Origin: Myxococcota bacterium
GTDB lineage: Bacteria; Myxococcota_A; Polyangia; Polyangiales; Sandaracinaceae
Direction: 5' to 3'
Length of the DNA: 64,000 nucleotides
Assembly: GCA_036149055.1 (NCBI GenBank)
Contig: JAYZQJ010000007.1
Span: 64,001 to 128,000, forward strand
The position numbers and the translations under genes are program-made. A model generated the notes under the pieces. It did not search any database. It was not told where the DNA came from and saw nothing but the letters and a program-made list of their open reading frames with translations. Shown one piece after another: positions 27,749 through 37,259 of the stretch. Every line of letters begins with the position of its first letter. Position 1 is the stretch's first letter.

Positions 27749-29185
27749 TCACCAAGGGACCGGGCGGTAGTCCTTCAGGAAGAGCCCGTAGGGGTGCTCC
27801 CCGGTGAGGAAGCCCTCGAAGATCGGGTCGACGATCCGGGCCGCGCCGTCGACGATGTCGAGCGGGGGGTGGAAGCCGTGCACCTCGGTCTTCCTCGTCG
27901 CGATCGCGGCCGGGTCCTCGTCGGTCACCCACCCGGTGTCCACGCTGTTCATGTGGATGCCGTCGGCGAGGTAATCGGAGGCGGAGGTGCGCGTCATCAT
28001 GTTGAGCGCGGCCTTCGCCATGTTCGTGTGAGGGTGCCGGTCGGTCTTGAAGCGGCGGTAGAACTGCCCCTCCATCGCGCTGACGTTGACGATGTGCTTG
28101 TCGCGCCCGGGCGTGCGTCGCATCAGGTCGCGCAGCCGCGCGTTGATCACGTAGGGCGCCACCGCGTTGACGAGCTGCACCTCGAGGAGCTCCACCGTCG
28201 GAACCTCGTCGAGCGCGAGCCGCCAGGAGTTGCGTCCGCGGAGATCGACCTGCTGCCCGTCCGCGTCGAGCTGGTTCGCGGGGAAGAGGCGGAGATCGCG
28301 GCCGAGGTCTTCGGGCAGCAGCGCGCTCTGGGAGAGCGCCGCCGAGTCCGGGAGATCGGCCTCGGCGCGGACCTCGACGAGCGAGCGCGCCTCCGGGGGC
28401 AGGGCCTTCGCCTCCTCGCCCTGCATCAGGTGGCGATAGAAGCCCGCGGGGCGACGCACCGTCTGGCACGCGTTGTTGAGGATGAAGTCGAGGCGATCGC
28501 GGGTCTCGTTCACGTGCGCGCAGAAGCGCTCCACGCTCGGCGTGTGCCGGAGGTCGAGCCCGTAGACCGCGAGGCGATCGCGCCAGTCCTCGAAGTCGAC
28601 CTCGCGCGCGTAGCGAGCGGCGGCGTCGTGCGGGAAGCGCGTGGTCACGATCACCGAGGCGCCGGCCCGGAGCAGCTTGATGGCCGCCTGGTAGCCGATC
28701 TTCACGCGTGAGCCGGTCACGATCGCGACCCGCCCCGAGAGATCGGCCGACCGCGTGCGGCGCTCGTAGTTGAGGTCGCCGCAGGGGATGCACATCTGGT
28801 CGTAGAAGTGGTGGACCTCGCGGAAGGTCCGCTTGCAGATGTAGCACTTCCGGTCTTCGCTCAGCTCCGGCGCGTCGCCCTCGGGCAGCGGCGGCGGGAG
28901 CGCGGGGGGCGTCTCGTAGAGCGCGGCCGTCCGGGCCCGACGGATCCCGGTGCTGCGCAGCACCGCCTCGTCGCGCGCCTTCGCGGCCAGCTTCTTCTTT
29001 CGCCGCCGCGCCTTGGCCGCCGCGCGCAGCTCGGACTTCAGCGGGAGCGTCACCCGCCCGGCCGCCTCGAGCAGCGCCCTCCGCGCGTCCTCGGGGAGCA
29101 CGTCGAGCAGCGTGCGATCCTCGGCGATCGCCTCCAGCGTCTCCCGGCACGCCTCGAGCTTCCCGGCGATGTCGTCTCGACTCAC
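27749..29185 (-). CDS. SDR family oxidoreductase with N-terminal Zn-ribbon
   Basis: CYIC...CIPC; VAIVTGSRVKIG, ILNNAC, IVNVSAMEG, HTNMAKAAL. Confidence 0.88.
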   Translation of the reverse strand: MSRDDIAGKLEACRETLEAIAEDRTLLDVLPEDARRALLEAAGRVTLPLKSELRAAAKARRRKKKLAAKARDEAVLRSTGIRRARTAALYETPPALPPPLPEGDAPELSEDRKCYICKRTFREVHHFYDQMCIPCGDLNYERRTRSADLSGRVAIVTGSRVKIGYQAAIKLLRAGASVIVTTRFPHDAAARYAREVDFEDWRDRLAVYGLDLRHTPSVERFCAHVNETRDRLDFILNNACQTVRRPAGFYRHLMQGEEAKALPPEARSLVEVRAEADLPDSAALSQSALLPEDLGRDLRLFPANQLDADGQQVDLRGRNSWRLALDEVPTVELLEVQLVNAVAPYVINARLRDLMRRTPGRDKHIVNVSAMEGQFYRRFKTDRHPHTNMAKAALNMMTRTSASDYLADGIHMNSVDTGWVTDEDPAAIATRKTEVHGFHPPLDIVDGAARIVDPIFEGFLTGEHPYGLFLKDYRPVPW

Positions 29186-30027
29186 GCGGGGGGCATAGCG
29201 TCGAGAGCGGCGGCGCGCATGATCTCGACCGGCGCCTCCCGCCCCGTCCACCGCTCCAGCGCGAGCGCCGCCTGCCAGACGAGCATGCCGAGGCCGTCGA
29301 CCGCGCGGAGGCCGAGGCGCCGGGCCCGGGCCAGCGCGGCGGTCTCGAGCGGGGCGTAGACGAGGTCGACGACCACCGCGCCGGAGCCGAGCGACTCGAG
29401 CGGGAGCGCGGCCGCGAAGCCCTCGGGATCGGCGGCGCTCTCCAGGGTCGCGCTGGTGGCCTGCACGAGCAGATCGGCCTCGCCCTCGAGCGGGCCGTGA
29501 GAGAGGCGGGCGCCCGCGAGGGGCTCGAGGTCCGCCACCAGGGCCTCCGCCTGCGCCGGCCGACGCGCGTGCACGCGGATGGAGGCCGCGCCCGCCTCGG
29601 CGAGCCCGGCCACCGCCGCCCGCGCCGCGCCGCCCGCGCCGACCACCCACACCCTCCGCCCGGCGAGCGCGACGCCGGCGTCCTCCAGGGAGCGCACGAG
29701 CCCCGGCGCGTCGGTGTTGGAGCCGACCAGCGCGTCCCCCTCCCGCGCGATCGTGTTCACCGCGCCGATCGCCGCCGCCGCCGGCTCCACGCGATCGAGG
29801 TGCGCCATCACCGCGCGCTTGTGGGGCACGGTGACGTTGGCCCCGAGCGCGCCGAGGGCCCGGAGCCCCTCGACCGCGGCGCCGAGCGCCTCCGGGCGCA
29901 CGTCGAACGCGAGGTAGCGCGCGTCGACGCCCAGGGCCGCGAGCGCGGCGGCGTGGATCGCGGGCGAGCGGGAGTGCGCGACCGGGTGCCCCAGGAGGGC
30001 CAGCAGACGGGTGGCCGCGGTGCTCAC
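29182..30027 (-). CDS. aroE: Shikimate dehydrogenase
   Basis: GHPVAHSRSPAIH, GANVTVPHK, GAVNT, NTDAPG, GAGGAARA, DGLGMLVWQA. Confidence 0.95.
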   Translation of the reverse strand: MSTAATRLLALLGHPVAHSRSPAIHAAALAALGVDARYLAFDVRPEALGAAVEGLRALGALGANVTVPHKRAVMAHLDRVEPAAAAIGAVNTIAREGDALVGSNTDAPGLVRSLEDAGVALAGRRVWVVGAGGAARAAVAGLAEAGAASIRVHARRPAQAEALVADLEPLAGARLSHGPLEGEADLLVQATSATLESAADPEGFAAALPLESLGSGAVVVDLVYAPLETAALARARRLGLRAVDGLGMLVWQAALALERWTGREAPVEIMRAAALDAMPPA

Positions 30028-31517
30028 TCCGCATCTCCCGGCCGCGAGTCGATCACCTCGGCCTCGAGTTCGCCGCGCGCGAGCCGGACCCGGACGCGGT
30101 CGCCGGCCGCCACCTCGCCCGCGTCGAGGAGGGCCCGGCCGGTCTCGGCCGAGAGCGCGATGGCGTAGCCGCGCTGCAGGACCTCGAGCGGAGAGAGCGC
30201 CGAGAGCCGGCCCACCACCGCCGCGAGCCGCGCCCGATCCGCCGAGACCCGAGGCGTCATCAGGCGGCGGAGCGACTGGTCGAGGCTCTCGAGGGCGCGG
30301 CGCCGGCGCTCGACGAGGGGCGGCGCGGCGGCGGCGACCGCGGCCGCCTGCTCGTCCAGCGCGCGGCGCCGGGCGGCCAGCGAGGGCGGCAGCGCGCGCC
30401 CCAGCCGGGCGACCAGGGCGTCGAAGCGAGCGCGGTCGCGGCCGAGGGAGGCGCGCGGATCGCGGCGGTGCAGCCGGTGCTGGAGGTGCACGTGGCGCTG
30501 CCGGCCGCGCGCGATCTGCGCCTCGACCGACCGCTCCAGAGACGCCCGGGCCACGTGCAGCCGATGCGCGATCTGCTCGAGGGCGCGCGAGGGGTCCGCC
30601 ACCCGGTGCCCGAGGCGCTCGAAGGCGTGTCGGCGCCGGCCGAGCGCGGCGTCCATCGCCTGCTCCAGCTGGCGCGTGCGGGCCCGGAGCTCCCGCTCGA
30701 GCGCCTCGCGGTCGGGCACGACGAGCTCCGCCGCGTTCGACGGCGTGGCGGCGCGCACGTCGGCCACCAGATCCACGACGCAGGCGTCGACCTCGTGCCC
30801 CACGCCGCTGACCAGCGGGACCGGGCAGGCCGCCGCCGCCCGGGCGACAGACTCTTCGTCGAACGCGCTCAGGTCCACGCTCGCGCCGCCGCCGCGGGTC
30901 AGGATGACCACCTCGAGGTCGGGGACCTGCCCGATCGCCTGGAGCGCGCGCACGATGGAGACGGGCGCGTCGGGGCCCTGGACCTGACAGTGGGCCACGA
31001 CGATGCGCACCGGGGCGCGGCCGCGGGCGACCCGGATCACGTCGTGGAGCGCGGCCCCTCGGCGGCTGGTGACCACGCCGATGACCCGAGGGTAGATGGG
31101 CAAGGGGCGTTTCCGCGAAGCGGCGAAGAGGCCTTCGGCGTGCAGCTTCTTCTTGAGCCGCTCCACTCGCTCGCGGCGGTCCCCTTCGCCCACCGGCAGC
31201 GCGAGCCGAGCGACCAGCTGGAAGCCGCCCCGCGGCTCGTAGAGCGAGAAGCTCGCCTGGAGCCGCACCAGCTCGCCTTGCCGGAGCTGGGCCCGGCTGT
31301 GCGCGACCTCGGTGCGAAACATGATGACGCGGATGCGCGCCTCGGCCTGGGGATCGCAGAGCGTGAAGTGGAAGTGCCCGGTGGCGCCGCGGTTGACGTC
31401 GGTGATCTCTCCCTCGACCCACACCGTGCCCCAGCGCTCGAGCTTCTTGCGCGCGAAGTGGTTGAGGTCGCGCACGCGGAGCACGCGGGGTTTGCCGTCC
31501 GACACGAGCGCGAACAT
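30024..31517 (-). CDS. xseA: Exodeoxyribonuclease VII large subunit
   Basis: VWVEGEI, GAALHDV, VQG, RGGG, SGVGHEVD, ATPSNAAE, LSPLEVLQRGY. Confidence 0.96.
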   Translation of the reverse strand: MFALVSDGKPRVLRVRDLNHFARKKLERWGTVWVEGEITDVNRGATGHFHFTLCDPQAEARIRVIMFRTEVAHSRAQLRQGELVRLQASFSLYEPRGGFQLVARLALPVGEGDRRERVERLKKKLHAEGLFAASRKRPLPIYPRVIGVVTSRRGAALHDVIRVARGRAPVRIVVAHCQVQGPDAPVSIVRALQAIGQVPDLEVVILTRGGGASVDLSAFDEESVARAAAACPVPLVSGVGHEVDACVVDLVADVRAATPSNAAELVVPDREALERELRARTRQLEQAMDAALGRRRHAFERLGHRVADPSRALEQIAHRLHVARASLERSVEAQIARGRQRHVHLQHRLHRRDPRASLGRDRARFDALVARLGRALPPSLAARRRALDEQAAAVAAAAPPLVERRRRALESLDQSLRRLMTPRVSADRARLAAVVGRLSALSPLEVLQRGYAIALSAETGRALLDAGEVAAGDRVRVRLARGELEAEVIDSRPGDAE

Positions 31518-31539
31518 AGCAGCCGTGCCAGGGTGGGGG

Positions 31540-32310
31540 ATGCCGGCCGCGATCATCGGCCTCGGGTCGAATCTGGGATCTCGCGAGGCGCTGCTCCGAG
31601 CCGCGATCCGCTCGCTCGACACCCACCCCGGCATCGAGGTCGCGGCCCAGTCCAAGCTCTACCGCAGCCCGGCCATGCTCCCGGACGGCGGCGGCCCGCA
31701 GCCCGACCACCTGAACGCCGCGGTTCGGCTCGAGGTCGCGCTCTCCCCCCGCGCGCTGCTGACCGTGCTCCACCGGGTCGAGCAGCGCTTCGGTCGAGAG
31801 CGTCGGGAGCGCTGGGGCCCGCGGACCCTGGACCTCGACCTGCTCCACTGGAGCGAAGGCGAGATCGAGGAGGAGGGCCTGACCGTCCCTCACCCGGGGC
31901 TGGAGGCGAGGCCGTTCGCGCTCGCGCCGCTCCTGGACGTCGCGCCGGAGCTCGAGCCGCGGTACGGCGCCGTGCTCGCCGGGCTGGACAGCCCCCTGGA
32001 GGTCCTGCCCTGGGCGCACACCGAGCGGCATCCGGATGGCCTTCGGGTCCGCGGGGTGGATGACGCCGACGCGCTCGCGCTCGGCCTCGACGCCTGGCTG
32101 GGCGGGCCGGCCACCGGGCAGGCGTCGGCGGTCGCCGCCTCGGATCCCCCGGGCTTCGCGCAGGCGGTGCGCGGCGCCGCGCTCGCGGTGATCACGGGCT
32201 GGGAACCGGGCGTGATCCGGGGCCTCCGGGTCGGGGAGGCCTCCGCGCAGCCGGCGCCCATCCGGGCGGTGTCGGTCTCCGACGGGGCCGCCTGGCTGCA
32301 GTTCCGCTGA
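31540..32310 (+). CDS. folK: 6-hydroxymethyl-7,8-dihydropterin pyrophosphokinase with C-terminal extension
   Basis: IGLGSNLG, RERWGPRTLDLDLL, LTVPHP, RPFALAPLLDV. Confidence 0.92.
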   Translation: MPAAIIGLGSNLGSREALLRAAIRSLDTHPGIEVAAQSKLYRSPAMLPDGGGPQPDHLNAAVRLEVALSPRALLTVLHRVEQRFGRERRERWGPRTLDLDLLHWSEGEIEEEGLTVPHPGLEARPFALAPLLDVAPELEPRYGAVLAGLDSPLEVLPWAHTERHPDGLRVRGVDDADALALGLDAWLGGPATGQASAVAASDPPGFAQAVRGAALAVITGWEPGVIRGLRVGEASAQPAPIRAVSVSDGAAWLQFR

Positions 32311-32336
32311 CCGGAAACGGGGCGTTGCCCAAGTTG

Positions 32337-32366
32337 TTGTTTTCGCGGGGCTCGCGAGGGTACGAT
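32337..32366 (+). promoter_or_regulatory. sigma70-type promoter candidate
   Basis: TTGTTT-N18-TACGAT upstream of ATG 32401. Confidence 0.4.
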
Positions 32367-32400
32367 GGTGCCCCTTTCTCCCCTTTGGAGGCGTGCGAAA

Positions 32401-34515
32401 ATGGCCGACACGCGCAAGGACAAGCGCGCTCCCATCTCTCTCAAGGTGCGCTTCAAGAGCGCTACCCTCGACGAGTTCATCGAGCAGTACAGCGTGGACA
32501 TCAGCCGGGGCGGCATCTTCATCAAGTCGAAGACGCCGATGTCCGTCGGCACGCTCCTGAAGTTCGAGTTCCAGCTGAAGGATGAATCGCGGCTGATCCA
32601 CGGGGTGGGGCGCGTCGTGTGGAAGCGGGAGCCGGCGGACGGGGACGACCCGCCGGGGATGGGCATCAAGTTCATCAAGATGGACCCGGAGAGCCGGGCC
32701 CTCGTCGAGCAGATGGTCCAGAAGCGCGGCGACAAGCCGGGGCGCTTCGAGGAGGGCCAGGACGGCGGCAAGCCGGATCCGACCGCGGGCGGGTTCTTCC
32801 CGAGCACGACCCCCGAGTCCGAGCTGCCCGCGCCGGAGGACCGCACCCAGGTCCGCCACGCCAGCGAGTTCCTCGCCAGCGCCCTCGCCGAAGGGGACGC
32901 CGACAGCGCCAAGCAGGAGGCGGAGGCGAAGGCGGAGGAGGCCCGCAAGCGCACCGAGGAGATCGAGAAGAAGCGCGCCGAGGCGAAGAAGAAGCGGAAG
33001 CCGCGCATCAAGAAGACGCTCGTCGGCATGGGCATCCCGGCGGCCGGGGAGAACGAGGGCGAGGAGATCGAGCCCCCGTCGTCCGAGGCCGACGAGCCCG
33101 CCGAGGAAGAGGCCAAGCCGGCTCGCGAGGTGAGCGAGTCCGCCGAGACCCTCGCGATGGATCGCGAGGCGATCGAGAAGCAGGAGGCCGCCGCGGAGGA
33201 GGCCGAGGAGGCCCCCGCGAAGGCCGCCGAGCCCGAGCCCGAGGAGCCGGAGGCGGCCGAGGCGGACGACGCGGACGACGCGGACGAGAAGGCCGCCGAG
33301 GAGGCCGCGGCCGCGGCAGCCGCCGAGAAGGAGGCCGCCGAGAAGGCGGCCGAGGCGAAGGCCAAGGACGAGGCCGCGGCGAAGGCGGCCCAGAAGAAGG
33401 CCGAGAAGGCGAAGGCCGAGAAGGCCGAGCCGAAGCCGAAGCCCAAGCCGGCGGTGTCGGAGGCGCGGCCTCAGACGGCCGCCGCGGAGGAAGAGCCCAA
33501 GTCGCGCATGGGCATGATCTTCTTCGCGCTCGTCGCGGCCGTCGTGGTCGGCGTGATCGTCTACATGCAGATGCAGCCGGGCGACGATCCCGTCACCGAG
33601 CCCACCGACGTCGTCGATCCCGGCGAGGAGGAGGGCCTGGCCGCCGAGGGCGAAGGCGAGGAGCCGATCGAGGAGGCCATCGAGGAGCCGGTCGAAGAGC
33701 CGACCCCGACGGTCAGCGTCAACGTCACCACCGAGCCCGAGGGCGCGACCGTGTTCGTCGGGGGTGAAGAGGCGGGCGCCGCGCCGCTCGACGTCGACCT
33801 GCCGATCGGCGAGGCGGTGACCGTCGCCGCGCGACTGACCGGCTACACCGAGGCCACCCAGGAGGTCACGGCGGCCGAGGAGGGCACCGAGGACATCAGC
33901 CTCACCCTCGAGGCGATGGACTACGTCATCAGCGTCACCACCAGCCCGGGCAACGCGCGGGTCCGCGCGACCGGCGGCGGGAGCGGCCAGGTCACCGGGA
34001 CCGGTGAGATCGAGCTGCGCGGGGCGCCCGACGAGGCCGTCGAGCTGACCGCGTCGCTCCGCGGCCACGACAACGCGACCGCCACCGTGGAGCCCGGCGC
34101 GTTCACCGCGCAGGACGGGCGCATGGTCGCGTCGGTCACCCTCACGCTGACCGAGCGGGAGCGTCCGCGTCCCACCGGCGGCGGCGGCGGAGGCGGCGGC
34201 TCTGCAGGCGGCGGCTCTGCAGGCGGCGGCTCTGCAGGCGGCGGCGGCTCGGCGGGCGGCGGCGGTGCTGGCGGCGGCTCGGCGGGCGGCGGCGGTGCTG
34301 CGGGCGGCGGCGCTGCAGGCGGCGGCTCTGCTGGCGGCGGCGGTGCTGGCGGCGGCGGTGCTGGCGGCGGTTCTGCGGGCGGCGGCTCTGCGGGCGGCGG
34401 CTCTGCGGGCGGCGGCGGTGGCGGTGGCTCTGCGGGCGGCGGCGGTGCTGGCGGCGGCGGTGCGGGCGGCGGCGAGGCCCCCGAAGAAGAGGCTCCGCCG
34501 GACAACCCCTTCTGA
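32401..34515 (+). CDS. TIGR02266 PilZ-domain membrane protein with PEGA domain and Gly-rich tail
   Basis: RKDKR...DISRGGIFI...PPGMGIKF; Glu/Ala/Lys coil, TM, VTTEPEGATV. Confidence 0.88.
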   Translation: MADTRKDKRAPISLKVRFKSATLDEFIEQYSVDISRGGIFIKSKTPMSVGTLLKFEFQLKDESRLIHGVGRVVWKREPADGDDPPGMGIKFIKMDPESRALVEQMVQKRGDKPGRFEEGQDGGKPDPTAGGFFPSTTPESELPAPEDRTQVRHASEFLASALAEGDADSAKQEAEAKAEEARKRTEEIEKKRAEAKKKRKPRIKKTLVGMGIPAAGENEGEEIEPPSSEADEPAEEEAKPAREVSESAETLAMDREAIEKQEAAAEEAEEAPAKAAEPEPEEPEAAEADDADDADEKAAEEAAAAAAAEKEAAEKAAEAKAKDEAAAKAAQKKAEKAKAEKAEPKPKPKPAVSEARPQTAAAEEEPKSRMGMIFFALVAAVVVGVIVYMQMQPGDDPVTEPTDVVDPGEEEGLAAEGEGEEPIEEAIEEPVEEPTPTVSVNVTTEPEGATVFVGGEEAGAAPLDVDLPIGEAVTVAARLTGYTEATQEVTAAEEGTEDISLTLEAMDYVISVTTSPGNARVRATGGGSGQVTGTGEIELRGAPDEAVELTASLRGHDNATATVEPGAFTAQDGRMVASVTLTLTERERPRPTGGGGGGGGSAGGGSAGGGSAGGGGSAGGGGAGGGSAGGGGAAGGGAAGGGSAGGGGAGGGGAGGGSAGGGSAGGGSAGGGGGGGSAGGGGAGGGGAGGGEAPEEEAPPDNPF
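34176..34473 (+). repeat. Low-complexity coding tandem repeat (GGGSA/GGGGA units)
   Basis: 15/18-bp units such as GGCGGCGGCTCTGCA and GGCGGCGGCGGTGCT. Confidence 0.95.
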
Positions 34516-34530
34516 TCCGAGCCGAATGGA

Positions 34531-34566
34531 GAGAGACGGAGCGCTTCGGCGCTCCGTTTCTCGTTT
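34531..34566. terminator. Intrinsic terminator hairpin with cUUCGg loop
   Basis: GAGAGACGGAGCGC-TTCG-GCGCTCCGTTTCTC between convergent genes. Confidence 0.8.
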
Positions 34567-35264
34567 CAGGGCTCCTCGACGGAGGCGAGCCTCCGCGCGG
34601 CGCCGCCCTCCGGGGTGGGGGCGAGCCAGCGCACGAGCGCGAAGCCGACCACGAACCCGCCGATGTGCGCGAAGAACGCCACGCCGCCCGCCGTCTCGGG
34701 CAGCCCGAGCGCGGTGAAGCCCTGAAGCGTCTGGAGCCCGAACCAGACGAAGAGGAAGATCCAGGCGGGTGACTCGAAGAGCACGAAGACGATCGGGAAG
34801 ATGAAGGTCACCACCGGCGCGCGGGGGTGCAGCATCATGTAGGCGCCGAGCACGCCCGCGATCGCGCCCGACGCGCCGACCATCGGGATCTGGCTGTCGG
34901 GCCCGATCGCCACCTGGGCGGCGACCGCGCCGAGGCCGGCCAGCAGGTAGAGCGCGAGGTAGCGGAGCTTGCCCAGCTCGTCTTCGATGTTGTCCCCGAA
35001 GACGTGCAGGAACCACATGTTCCCGATGAGGTGCGTCCAGCCGCCGTGCAGGAACATGCTCGTCAACGGCGTCAGCCAGCTCCCGAGGGAGGGCTCGCGC
35101 ACGAGGTAGTACGGGATGACCCCCTTGCGGAGCAGCAGCGCCGCGCCGGCGACGTCGTCCAGGGTGAGCTGGTAGAGCCAGACCGCGACGTTGAGCGCGA
35201 TCAGGGACCAGGTCACCAGCGGGAAGCGCCGGGTGGGGTTGATGTCCCGAACGGGGATCAGCAC
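34566..35264 (-). CDS. Rhomboid intramembrane serine protease
   Basis: SMFLHGGWTHLIGNMWFL, VGASGAI, AFFAHIGG. Confidence 0.95.
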   Translation of the reverse strand: MLIPVRDINPTRRFPLVTWSLIALNVAVWLYQLTLDDVAGAALLLRKGVIPYYLVREPSLGSWLTPLTSMFLHGGWTHLIGNMWFLHVFGDNIEDELGKLRYLALYLLAGLGAVAAQVAIGPDSQIPMVGASGAIAGVLGAYMMLHPRAPVVTFIFPIVFVLFESPAWIFLFVWFGLQTLQGFTALGLPETAGGVAFFAHIGGFVVGFALVRWLAPTPEGGAARRLASVEEP

Positions 35265-35324
35265 CTCGGGAAGCTGTGGCGCGGGCCCCCCGACGTCAAT
35301 CGCGGCTCGTGCTACCAGGTCCGG

Positions 35325-37259
35325 GTGCGATCGTCGGAGCTGCTCGGAGCGACGGGACCGCTCGCGTCGGCCCTCGCGGGGTACGAGCTGCGCGAGCCGC
35401 AGCTCCGCATGGCCGAGATGGTCGAGACCGCGCTCGAGCGCGAGGGCGTCGCGCTGATCGAGGCCGGCACCGGGACGGGCAAGACGCTGGCGTACCTGGT
35501 CCCTGCGCTCCGCTCGGGCCGGAAAGTGATCGTCTCGACGGGCACCCGGGCGCTCCAGGACCAGATCATGGAGCGCGACCTTCCGGCGCTCACCCGCCAC
35601 CTCGGCCTGCCGGTGCGCGCGGCGTGCATGAAGGGGCTGTCGAACTACCTCTGCCGCCGCCGCTTCGGCGAGCTGAAGGACTCGCCCGAGTCGGAGCGGC
35701 CGAGCGTGGCGCGCCACCTCCCGCTGATCGAGGCGTGGTCGCAGCGGAGCCGCCTCGGCGATCGCGCGGAGCTCGCCGAGGTGCCCGAGGACGATCCCGT
35801 CTGGGCGGCCGTGCAGTCGGGCTCCGACACCCGCGTGGGTCCCCGCTGCGCGCACTTCGAGTCCTGCTTCGTGACCGCCATGCGGCGCGAGGCCGAGGAC
35901 GCGCAGCTGGTCGTGGTCAACCACCACCTGTTCTTCGCGGACCTCGCGATGCGCGGCTGCGCGGACGGCCCCCGCGGCGGGGCGGTGCTCCCCGACTACG
36001 ACGCGGTCATCTTCGACGAGGCCCATCAGATCGAGGACGTGGCCACGCTCTTCTTCGGCGTGCAGGTGTCGGAGACGATGATCGAGCGCCTGCTGAAGGA
36101 CGCCGAGCGCGCCTTCTCCGCGCGCGGGCTGCTCGACGAGCGGACCGATCGCGTCCTCCGCACGGTGCTCGGTCGGGCCGAGGCGTTCTTCGAGCAGGTC
36201 CCGGCCGGAGGCGGCGAGGGGCGGGTGGAGCTGCCGGCCGGCCTCTTCGAGGGCGCGCGATCGCGGGCCTACCACGACCTCGACGCGGCCCTCGAGGCGA
36301 TGACCCTCGTGTGCCGTCGGCAGGAGAGCGAGGGCGAGTCCTTCGGGCAGCTCGCGCGCCGCACGCGTCGCATCCGGGACGAGCTCGCGCAGGTCGCCGA
36401 CGGGGGCGAGCCCGGGCGACAGATCACCTGGTCGGATCGGCGTCGCGACCGCCGCGTGGTCGGCGCGAGCCCGGTCGACGTGAGCGCGATCTTCCGCGAC
36501 GAGGTCATCCGCCGCGTGCCGAGCGTGGTGCTGACCAGCGCCACCCTCACGGTCTCGGGCAGCTTCCAGTTCGTGAAGCGCCGCCTCGGCGTCGACTTCG
36601 AGGTCGACGAGGCGATCCTCGAGTCGCCCTTCGACTACGCGTCGCAGGCCGCGCTCTACGTGCCGCCGCTCCCGGATCCGCGCGCGCCGGGCTACTCGGA
36701 CGCGGCGGTCGATGAGATCGCGCGGCTGGTCGCGCTGACCCGGGGCGGCGCCTTCGTGCTGTGCACCTCGGTGCGCATGATGGAGCGCTTCGCGGCGCGC
36801 GCTCGGCCTCGCCTCCGCGGCCGCCCGATCTACGTGCAGGGCGACGCGCCGAAGGGCGCCCTGCTCGAGCGCTTCCGGCGGGACGGGGACGCGGTGCTCT
36901 TCGCGACCGCGAGCTTCTGGCAGGGCGTCGACGTGCCGGGCGACGCGCTCCGCCTGGTCATCATGGACAAGCTCCCCTTCGACGTGCCGAGCGATCCGCT
37001 CGTGGAGGCCCGCTGCCGCCGGGTCGAGGAGGAGGGGGAGTCCGCGTTCGCCCGCTACCTCGTCCCGTCCGCGGCGCTGACCCTGAAGCAGGGCTTCGGC
37101 AGGCTCGTGCGCAGCCGCCGGGATCGCGGCGTGGTCGCGGTGCTCGACGGTCGCCTGCGCACGAAGGGCTACGGCAAGGTCTTCCTGCGCAGCCTCCCGC
37201 CGGCGCGCCGCTGCGACACCTTCGAAGAGGTCGAGGCGTTCTGGCGGTCGATCAGCTGA
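35325..37259 (+). CDS. DinG/YoaA family ATP-dependent helicase
   Basis: EAGTGTGKTLAYL, DEAH, TSATL, SFWQGVDVPG, QGFGRL. Confidence 0.95.
   Translation: MRSSELLGATGPLASALAGYELREPQLRMAEMVETALEREGVALIEAGTGTGKTLAYLVPALRSGRKVIVSTGTRALQDQIMERDLPALTRHLGLPVRAACMKGLSNYLCRRRFGELKDSPESERPSVARHLPLIEAWSQRSRLGDRAELAEVPEDDPVWAAVQSGSDTRVGPRCAHFESCFVTAMRREAEDAQLVVVNHHLFFADLAMRGCADGPRGGAVLPDYDAVIFDEAHQIEDVATLFFGVQVSETMIERLLKDAERAFSARGLLDERTDRVLRTVLGRAEAFFEQVPAGGGEGRVELPAGLFEGARSRAYHDLDAALEAMTLVCRRQESEGESFGQLARRTRRIRDELAQVADGGEPGRQITWSDRRRDRRVVGASPVDVSAIFRDEVIRRVPSVVLTSATLTVSGSFQFVKRRLGVDFEVDEAILESPFDYASQAALYVPPLPDPRAPGYSDAAVDEIARLVALTRGGAFVLCTSVRMMERFAARARPRLRGRPIYVQGDAPKGALLERFRRDGDAVLFATASFWQGVDVPGDALRLVIMDKLPFDVPSDPLVEARCRRVEEEGESAFARYLVPSAALTLKQGFGRLVRSRRDRGVVAVLDGRLRTKGYGKVFLRSLPPARRCDTFEEVEAFWRSIS

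Noticed and set aside
34176..34473. Possible CRISPR or other non-coding array
   Set aside because: No unique spacers and no cas genes; it is an in-frame coding repeat.
33921..34505. Poly-proline (AEPPPP) ORF
   Set aside because: Reverse complement of the Gly-rich repeat; no independent start signals.
29182..35016. 1944-aa minus-strand ORF
   Set aside because: Only 29182-30027 is aroE; the rest is antisense or off-frame shadow of xseA, folK, the PilZ gene and rhomboid, typical of stop-poor high-GC DNA.
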